Shown here: positions 56,587-64,000 of the stretch, in pieces
Layout: every line of letters begins with the position of its first letter
Position numbering within the stretch: position 1 is the stretch's first letter
NCBI GenBank assembly: GCA_001687465.1
Contig: LVLI01000084.1
Span: 62,001-126,000, forward strand
Length of the DNA stretch: 64,000 bases
Reading direction: 5' to 3'
Origin: Halocafeteria seosinensis
Taxonomy: Eukaryota
Translations under genes and position numbers: made by a program
Notes under the pieces: model-generated
Databases searched by the model: none
Seen by the model: the letters and a program-made list of their open reading frames with translations, nothing else
What the model was told of the DNA's origin: nothing

Positions 56587-59500
56587 ATGTCGACTCGTTT
56601 ATTAACACTGACAGGGCCTGCTCCTCGCGAGGAACCATCTGAGACGCAGCTTCACACACGGCGACGACGAGATGGAAGGAAGCAAGACGACCGCGAGGAA
56701 GAGAATCTCTTGAGTCTGCCTAATACCGATGCGACCGCGAAACATCGCTCATTTGGTACATCCCAACAACAGGAGAGTACTCATACGGAAGCAGACGATG
56801 CAGAGGAGGAAGACGAGGTGCAGCGATGGTGGGCTCTCCAGTTCAGCCCTCGCGAACGGCCTCTCGACTGGCACCACCTTCATCGAACATCGATACAGGA
56901 TGTCATAGAAAAATGCCAGTCTATAACCTCGTCAATGCCACGTCAGAACTCTGTAGAGGATTTACATCGATATTTTTGCGACCGCTCATCGGGACTGCTA
57001 TGGACGTTAGCCATGGCCAGAGTCTCCCACGGGGACCTTACACGACAAACTTCCGGAGATATACTGCACTATATTCGTCTCTCCCAATTGGCCATGGAAT
57101 TCGCCGGAAAGTTTGGGAATATTGAGAAAGAAAACTATGAAACTCTGCGAAACAAATACGAGACTCAACAGAAGAAACTGGAAACGGCACAACGTGACCA
57201 GCTTAGAGTTCAGAAGCAGAATGCTGAGTTGCGCAGCTTAACAAAGGATCTTTTTTCAATATTGGAGATCTGTAGACAATGTGTCATGTCTGAACAAATG
57301 AAGTACAAGTTTCAGCATCTTACCAGCAAACTTGACAGAAAGTTCCAGAGACTCTTTCCAGAAGACAGTAGCAAAGCACCGCAGCAAGCCGGGGCCAACG
57401 TTGTATGCCCCTTGGACGGAAAATCTTTTGGTAGCACACAAGAGCTGAAGCATCATTTTGATATGGTGCATTTATCGAAGAAACACGAAACTCCAGTCTC
57501 AGTGAAGGACTCAGAGGGGAAGCACGCATCGGCGACTACTGGAGACGCTTCAGTGTCCCGTGAACGAATGCGAGTTCAGGCAGTTCGTTATCCAATGAGT
57601 ACGCCAAGACCCTTTGCGACGGAACAAGGACACAAGAAAGGCAGTACTGGATATGAAGAAAGTGGGGTGCTTGAACACAAGAGTGAGGCGCCCACCCAGA
57701 GAGCGGAAGATACCGAAGATATGTCTTTTAAAGAAGCGGTTGCAAGAGTAAAGCGACAAGTTCGCCAAGATTATAGCATCAGACTCCAAGAATTGGAACA
57801 AGAGAACCGCCGACTTAGAGCAGAGTCAGAGGATTACTATCAACGATACCAGGACGCTGTTAGTTCGTCCACTCAGCTGGTTACACAGCGGTTGTCTAGT
57901 CACTTCGACGAACAGGCATCTATCGTCAAGGAATTGGAATCTGCCGTGCAAACCGAGTCTTGCGAAAGGCAAAAATGCGAAAGTTGGGCTCGTGAGGAAC
58001 GCGAGAAACGACATCAGTTAGAGTCTCAGTTAAATCTAGTAAGAAATGACTTTCATACCAAACATTCTGAACTACAAAGGAGTTATAAAACCGAGAAAGA
58101 CCGTCGTTTGGCACTTGAGCGCTCTTCCAAAGGCTTTGCTGTGTATCTTGCGATACGCAGATGGCAACATAGAGCAGTAACTGAAGCTTGGAGTCGCTGG
58201 CGTCAACAAGTGACTGGAGAGCGAATGAATCAGTGGCTAGATATGCTTGATAAGAATGAATCCGATAAAGGAGAGCTTCTCTCTGAAATTAATACTTTGA
58301 AGGCGAGGGAAAATCGTCTTCGTGAGGAAATCCGCCTCAAAGAACTCGCTCGTCGGGAGTCAGTACGACGGGATCTTGATAAGCAACTGGACTATCAGGA
58401 TGAGGATACTATTGAAGCAGTAGTCGACCAGTACAAACGATACACGCCTCTTATCAAAGAGTCCATGGAAACCGACAATGCGGTTTTTCCACATCCTCAA
58501 TCTGCGGAAATGCAAGACGCGCTTCACAGTGTAGAAAGATTAATTTCGTTGAAGGCGAGGAAGCTCTGGAAGGGCTATCATCCTGACGCTTCCGAAATCA
58601 ATTCCTGGAGCCCCTCTACGGCGTCCACAATTGAGTCTTTGAAAAAGTTCTATGGATTATATGTCTCCGTTTACTCTAGGACTGCTGCTACAGCGAACTC
58701 CCAAGATGAAATTGAATTTAGCGTCGATCCAAGGCTGCTGACAGATGACCAAAAACCATATTCCCCTGTGTTCTTCCCACTGGGGAGCCTCCACCCGGAA
58801 GTGCAAAGCCGAAAATGGCATTCTCGTGAGGAGATCTCCAGGAAGAGGGAGTCCTTATCGGTTTTTGTCACCAATCTAGCCGAGGATATTAAACGAAGAG
58901 GCACAGGATTGTCCAAAACAGCAGATCGACAACAAACGGTTTGTCGCTTCCGGAGAAGCTATCTGCCAGCGTGGTGCATGGATACCACCTCCAAGCATGA
59001 TGCTCAGCTCTGTACTCTGACTCCCGAGACGCTTGCATCGCTGAAGTCTACAAACTACCTGGTGGAATGCTTGGCTTATCCCACGCAGCAGCCAGGTTCT
59101 ACAGTGGCCACTGAATTTTCCCTCGCTAAACAGGTAGGATCCTGGATATATCCCGTGCAAGCAAACCTATCCAGTTCAGCTTCCGCTGACTCAACAATCG
59201 ACCGCTTGGTGCAAGACCGCCAGCATCTTGAAAACCTCACCGGTATTTCTTTGAACGGATCGGCCGCATCGACAGTCGTACCGGCGAGGAAGGGTGGCTT
59301 CTTAAACCAGCTGAGCATACATCGGGATTCCGTTTCTGAATGTGTAAGCTCGGCAACCACGCTTCCATCTTCTTCAGCATCCAACTTGATACGGGGAAGC
59401 ATCACTGTCAGTCACACAACACGGGAAGCAACTGAGGGTGATACGCAAGCCACAGCACGCTTCGCTCCACGTGATATCGCTGACGACTCTTCCGTATCTC

Positions 59501-60342
59501 CGTTACCTACCAGTTTGAGTGACGGACGAGGTTCTCCAGCAGTGGGGGCCCACCGGGAGGAATATACTTCCTCCGAGACTCAAACAGGTGCTTTAGCTCA
59601 GCAATCTAGCGATCAGCAACAGCAAGAAACAGCTCCCGCCAGTTCCACAGTACCTACTGTTAGCGTCCAAACACAATCGCTGAGTGAGGGTACACCGTCG
59701 CTGATCTCCGTGGGAGCAACAAGGCTGGAGACTGTTGAAGTAATAGATTCGACTACTGCCTCTTCAGAAGCCACATCTGGTGCCCTTGCGCCCACGACAC
59801 CTTCTGGCACACAAGTGGCAGAAACTCACAGTGTGACCGAAGCTGATCGCACAGCAAGGAGTGAGCGAACAGTAGTATCGGTTACGAACACCTCGTCGAG
59901 GAACACATTTGCAGGATCTGGCTACCTTAATGCTCCACAGCAATATAGTATTCCAAGGGGAAGTGGAAGATTGAATGCCTACGGAACTGGTACCCACAGG
60001 CGAATAGGTGTCGGGGTGTCGTATAGCTTGGGGTTCGGAAACAGCCGCGTAGGCTTGCGGGCTCAACACAGACCCATTCCTTCTCCATCGACAACCCATG
60101 GGACAGCCACGTCCTCTGATAGTGTAGTCACAGAAGAAAGGGGGGATTCTGCTTCCAGCAGTGAAAGTACCAAAGTCACTCAGACGAGGGAGACTCCTGG
60201 TAATGTCAGTGTTTCTACTACATTCACCGAAGAAACTGGCGTATCCAGTGAAACGAGCTACAATACCGCAACCGCCCCGGCAGCCACCGCTACTGCTGAA
60301 GATGAAAACGAAGATTCAGATATCAGTGTAGAAGAATTGTAA
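56587..60342 (+). CDS. DZIP1/Iguana-like ciliary protein: Dzip-like N domain, C2H2 finger, coiled coil, S/T-rich tail
   Basis: LQFSPRERPLDWHHLHRTSIQDVI...ILHYIRLSQLAMEF (Dzip-like_N pattern); CPLDGKSFGSTQELKHHFDMVH (degenerate C2H2). First ATG at 56587. Confidence 0.75.
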   Translation: MSTRLLTLTGPAPREEPSETQLHTRRRRDGRKQDDREEENLLSLPNTDATAKHRSFGTSQQQESTHTEADDAEEEDEVQRWWALQFSPRERPLDWHHLHRTSIQDVIEKCQSITSSMPRQNSVEDLHRYFCDRSSGLLWTLAMARVSHGDLTRQTSGDILHYIRLSQLAMEFAGKFGNIEKENYETLRNKYETQQKKLETAQRDQLRVQKQNAELRSLTKDLFSILEICRQCVMSEQMKYKFQHLTSKLDRKFQRLFPEDSSKAPQQAGANVVCPLDGKSFGSTQELKHHFDMVHLSKKHETPVSVKDSEGKHASATTGDASVSRERMRVQAVRYPMSTPRPFATEQGHKKGSTGYEESGVLEHKSEAPTQRAEDTEDMSFKEAVARVKRQVRQDYSIRLQELEQENRRLRAESEDYYQRYQDAVSSSTQLVTQRLSSHFDEQASIVKELESAVQTESCERQKCESWAREEREKRHQLESQLNLVRNDFHTKHSELQRSYKTEKDRRLALERSSKGFAVYLAIRRWQHRAVTEAWSRWRQQVTGERMNQWLDMLDKNESDKGELLSEINTLKARENRLREEIRLKELARRESVRRDLDKQLDYQDEDTIEAVVDQYKRYTPLIKESMETDNAVFPHPQSAEMQDALHSVERLISLKARKLWKGYHPDASEINSWSPSTASTIESLKKFYGLYVSVYSRTAATANSQDEIEFSVDPRLLTDDQKPYSPVFFPLGSLHPEVQSRKWHSREEISRKRESLSVFVTNLAEDIKRRGTGLSKTADRQQTVCRFRRSYLPAWCMDTTSKHDAQLCTLTPETLASLKSTNYLVECLAYPTQQPGSTVATEFSLAKQVGSWIYPVQANLSSSASADSTIDRLVQDRQHLENLTGISLNGSAASTVVPARKGGFLNQLSIHRDSVSECVSSATTLPSSSASNLIRGSITVSHTTREATEGDTQATARFAPRDIADDSSVSPLPTSLSDGRGSPAVGAHREEYTSSETQTGALAQQSSDQQQQETAPASSTVPTVSVQTQSLSEGTPSLISVGATRLETVEVIDSTTASSEATSGALAPTTPSGTQVAETHSVTEADRTARSERTVVSVTNTSSRNTFAGSGYLNAPQQYSIPRGSGRLNAYGTGTHRRIGVGVSYSLGFGNSRVGLRAQHRPIPSPSTTHGTATSSDSVVTEERGDSASSSESTKVTQTRETPGNVSVSTTFTEETGVSSETSYNTATAPAATATAEDENEDSDISVEEL

Positions 60343-60401
60343 TGAGTGGGATGCACACTGCCCTCCATTTCTAAGAAACAACCACAATTGTGACATTTAG
60401 T

Positions 60402-61773
60402 TTAGCGTCGTTGTTGCTCTCTAGCCACTTCTCTGAATGCATCCCGTTTAGTTTCATCTTTCAAGAGGCTCTCTCGCAGCGCTTCTCCATCTTCCCCCGT
60501 CATTATTTTCCTTGCTTCGTCTCGCATCTCACCGCGGACAAGATCTTCCAATCCTCTTTTCTTATACACGTTATGAACCTGCAACAAACAAGAGATGGGT
60601 AGGCCATACTATTGTGATTTAGCAAGGGAGCTTGTAACGGTTGCCAGTACATACCCTCCATATAATAAAGCATCCAAGGGCTAGTCCCACCATGAATAGA
60701 ACAAGTGTGATCAACGCCATGACGAGCAATCCTTCTTGCGAATAGCCTTTGTGAACTGCAATGATGCATACAAAAACATCTTGTGAAACTAACAACTTGG
60801 GCGGTACATTACGCATGAAGTTTCGTACCATCTAAGGTTGAAAGGATACCTACCATCCCACTCTTATCAAACCCAATGATGCAAGCGCACAGAAAACCTG
60901 AGGAGACGTTTACACGAGAGAAATGACGTCCTCTGGAAGAGCTCCTGTAACGTAGCATGACTTACCTAGTGTAAGCGAAAACTGGATGAAGAAACATATA
61001 AAATTGTATCCCTTATCACGTGCCATTCCATTGTATAGTTGCTTAAACCAGAACCATCCAAAGATGAGTATCGCGAAAAAGTAAGCTATCGAGATGCCAA
61101 ATTCTGTTCCAGATCCCACATCACTACTGCCACCCGCGGCAAGAAGAGATAGTTCTGTGATCATGTTGAAAAACATGGCGGATAGGCATACTGCAATGCA
61201 ATTAGACATACAATACGCACGACGAATTTAATGTTGGCAAGAATTAGGTGCGGGTTGGGAACCCATTTTGGAAGTATCAAAGATAAAACCCCAAAGACTG
61301 TGCAACAACGCCAGCACCACGTACACAAGTATTCGAATAAAAGCAGCTTCACTAGCCGCCGATTCTGTTGGGGTACATCGTCCTCAATATACAGTCGAAC
61401 CAAGGGATAGCACTTGGGGAAATTTTTCTTCCGCTCCCCGGTTGGTCTTCTCACTTCCTCTCCTTCTTCCTTCTCTTGTTTAGAAGCTCCACCACTTCCC
61501 TGTTGCACACGCATAAAAGATTCGACAATGATAACAACAATGGAACTCATCGTCCCCTTATTGAAATGAGCCTACTTTTTCCATATCCGCAAAGACATTG
61601 GAGGATTCCTCAGAGTTATCAAAGGCTCTCGTCCCTCCCGTGTTGCCTTTATACCCACCAGAGGAGCTAGCACCACCGGTATTACGAGCTGTATGGGTAG
61701 GAGAATTGCCAAAGGACTCGGCAGGCTCATCATCTCCAAATGGATTGGAGTTGAAATCGTCGTAGCTTGACAT
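60402..61773 (-). CDS. SCAMP: Secretory carrier membrane protein (SCAMP), multi-exon
   Basis: N-terminal NSNPF; RKKNFPKCYPL..IEDDVP; four TM segments with WFWFKQLYNGMARDKGYNFICFFIQF (E-peptide-like). Confidence 0.85.
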
Positions 61774-62653
61774 TCTCTTGCTTTTTCACACCTTTCCAGA
61801 CCAGTATACAGCCCAATTTATACATCAATCGATTCCTCATTCAATTCTCTATCGATAGATATACTACAGGGCGTCATACAATCCTGATGAATATGTATAA
61901 AATGGACCTGACAAATGCGGAATCCGGGTCCTCAAGCGGCACAAGAACTTTGTCAAGAAGCCAAACCACGCCCCCAAGGATGTAAAACAGCGATTAACGA
62001 AATTTTGACCAAGGAATGTACAGGAGATCTATGTGACTCGAAAAAATTGACAACCATGTGTTACAGTGGTACGGGATTGATTGTGTCGCGCATTCCGCTC
62101 CGCAGGAATTCCGGAATGGGACTGCTCACATGCGGGCCAGGAACTCCTGCCAGGAAGTTGACACCGCAACCTCTAAGCGAGGAGTAGTATTCGCTCGTGT
62201 TAAGCAGCGATTGAACTACAAATGTTAACCAGTACCCTTCCAGCGGTCAATCTCAATGAATGAACATGTGTCAGAATCTGTCGGACTATTCACACTGCGA
62301 GTTCGATACGAACAAGCAAGGAAAAGAGGAGAGCAGAAAAGAAAACACAAAAACCTGGACGATAGAAAGAGGCCAATAAAGAGATAGGCAGTCAACGCTT
62401 AGCTGATGAACTGGATGAGACTGGTCCACAAGGTGCGTGTTATCATACTGCTTCACGTCTATTGCGTGTCTATGAGACATGCGACAAAAAATGCAGGGTG
62501 GTTCTCTTTCTCCGGATTCCAGATTCATTCGAGACACCATTCTTGAGCTTGGAGCGTCCTCATTGGCTCCGGCAAATATATGCAGCAGTAGTGACTGAGA
62601 ATTTGCTCATTCCGTGATGAACAAGTTGCTTACGCCCATTTTAGTTATATATC

Positions 62654-63890
62654 TTAGAGGATAGAACACCGCTCGCTGTGAACTCTCTGAGGTTGTGCGT
62701 TCGTAGAAGTGTAAGGGTCTTGGTTCCAATCTATTCGACGAAAACGCCGTGATACAAACTTTTTCAATCTCTGACCCTTGGGTAGTTTTCGAGCTCGTCT
62801 TACGAGGCGCAACTTCTCACGGGGAACCGCGGAATCTGTCAGCATTTCTTTTCCGACCTGCATCGAAATAAACATAATTGAAGGTCAAGATGTAAGTTCA
62901 AGTCTGTTTGACACATACTATGTAATTGGCCCCATTGAGACGGCGCGCTATTTCAGTCACGAGCCAAGGGCTTCTCCCATACGAGGACGTGCATTTCAGC
63001 TCCACTCCATCGCCCGCTTCTAGTGGCTGCCATGACAATAACAGACACAGACATAACCAGCGCGTTATTGTTGATGGTGAACAATTCTAATGGAAGGTAA
63101 AACGACTGCTTGAACCTACCTCAAAGTGTGATTCTTGCCGAGGCGGCCAGCGTATGCGATCACGTGGTACCCATTCATCCCAAGTAGATTCGTCCCACAT
63201 TTCGTAATGAACTAAATAAATATCTTCATCCTCGTCCTTATCTATGATGAAAGCAGTCCACCTGCACACAGGGAACTCGGACTTGTTACATAATTGGTCG
63301 GGTTCCAGATGGGTCCAGTTCTATCATGAGCATACCATGCTAAGCCCCGATAGGCCACGGTTGAGTTACCATTCACAAGATTAAAAGATCCCTTCCAGCA
63401 CACTTCTACCTGATCACCCCGTTCGGGACTGAGGACTCGTTCTCTATACCGCTCGTAGAAATCATGCGTCAGCGGTTCGACGTTGAATCTGCGAAATACA
63501 CATGCATCACTTTCACTCTCCCCCAAATTCTCGACTATCTCATCGCTATGCAACACACCTTTGAACATATAGGGGCCTCCATATGGCGTTAGCCCTCGCC
63601 AGCATCAACATTGTCTTACTTGCCCCGCTTAACTGAAGGATGTCCTTCAAGTTTAGAAACGAAGCAATATGTATTTGTACCCCTTGGGAAATCTTATGCC
63701 AGAATAGGAATTGGTCCTTTGGAGTTGCGATTGGCTGAGTCTCTGCTAAATCCAGCGCCGATATATTTGGATTGTTGTTCTGCCTGTGTCTGTTTTTCCG
63801 CAATGCCTTGCGTATTTTGAACGAAAAACTTCTGGATGGATGTGTAGCGGAGGCTTGTTCATCCTCTAGGCACAGGCCAGTGTAATCCAT
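62654..63890 (-). CDS. F-box protein with tandem Tudor/Agenet (chromo-barrel-like) domains, spliced
   Basis: F-box ISQGVQIHIASFLNLKDILQLSGASKTM..ANAIWRPLY. Barrel 1 RGDQVEVCW..AW|WTAFII..YLVHYEMWDESTWDEWVPRDRIR. Barrel 2 LEAGDGVELKC..SPWLVTEI..NYI|VG..VPREKLR. GT-AG introns restore the frame. Confidence 0.72.
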
Positions 63891-64000
63891 TGAGCAACTG
63901 CGAAGCTTTGCCCGTGTTTGCGCTCTTCCTCGTAAGCCCTTTTTTCCCCCAAAAGTTGAATTTGAACTAGCTGAGTTCGAGCTAAAACGATTGTGTCGTT

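Noticed and set aside
63490..63570. Apparent frameshifts between adjacent ORFs (F-box gene, DRC2, LOX copies 2 and 3)
   Set aside because: Canonical GT-AG introns restore the frame in each case.

Overview
Eukaryotic genomic DNA from a compact, intron-containing genome (short GT-AG introns of about 60-170 nt, short intergenic gaps). It belongs to a flagellated protist, plausibly a heterotrophic stramenopile; that assignment is an inference. Two gene-dense blocks (1-31 kb, 50.5-64 kb) carry ciliary or basal-body genes (DRC2/CCDC65, FBF1-like, DNALI1/p28, ODF3/SHIPPO-like, DZIP1-like) and housekeeping genes (MFS, ZnT9-like CDF, XPC/Rad4, SCAMP). They also hold several proteins with unusual architectures: SP-PDZ-PA-PA-J-domain, twin Z-alpha-like wHTH plus PIN, a catalytically dead group XII PLA2, SP-TPR-JmjC, and F-box plus tandem Tudor/Agenet. 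Between the blocks lies a gene-sparse accessory island (about 31-50.5 kb). It contains a truncated RLE-type non-LTR retrotransposon, decayed TPR and ankyrin-like relics, and a chimeric GLUG-repeat surface-protein ORF. The top candidate also lies here: three tandem, apparently intact, secretory lipoxygenase-like genes with a non-canonical metal site (H-x3-H as in fungal Mn-LOX, His in place of the Asn ligand, C-terminal Tyr/Cys in place of Ile). All family calls come from motif recognition by eye; no searches were run.
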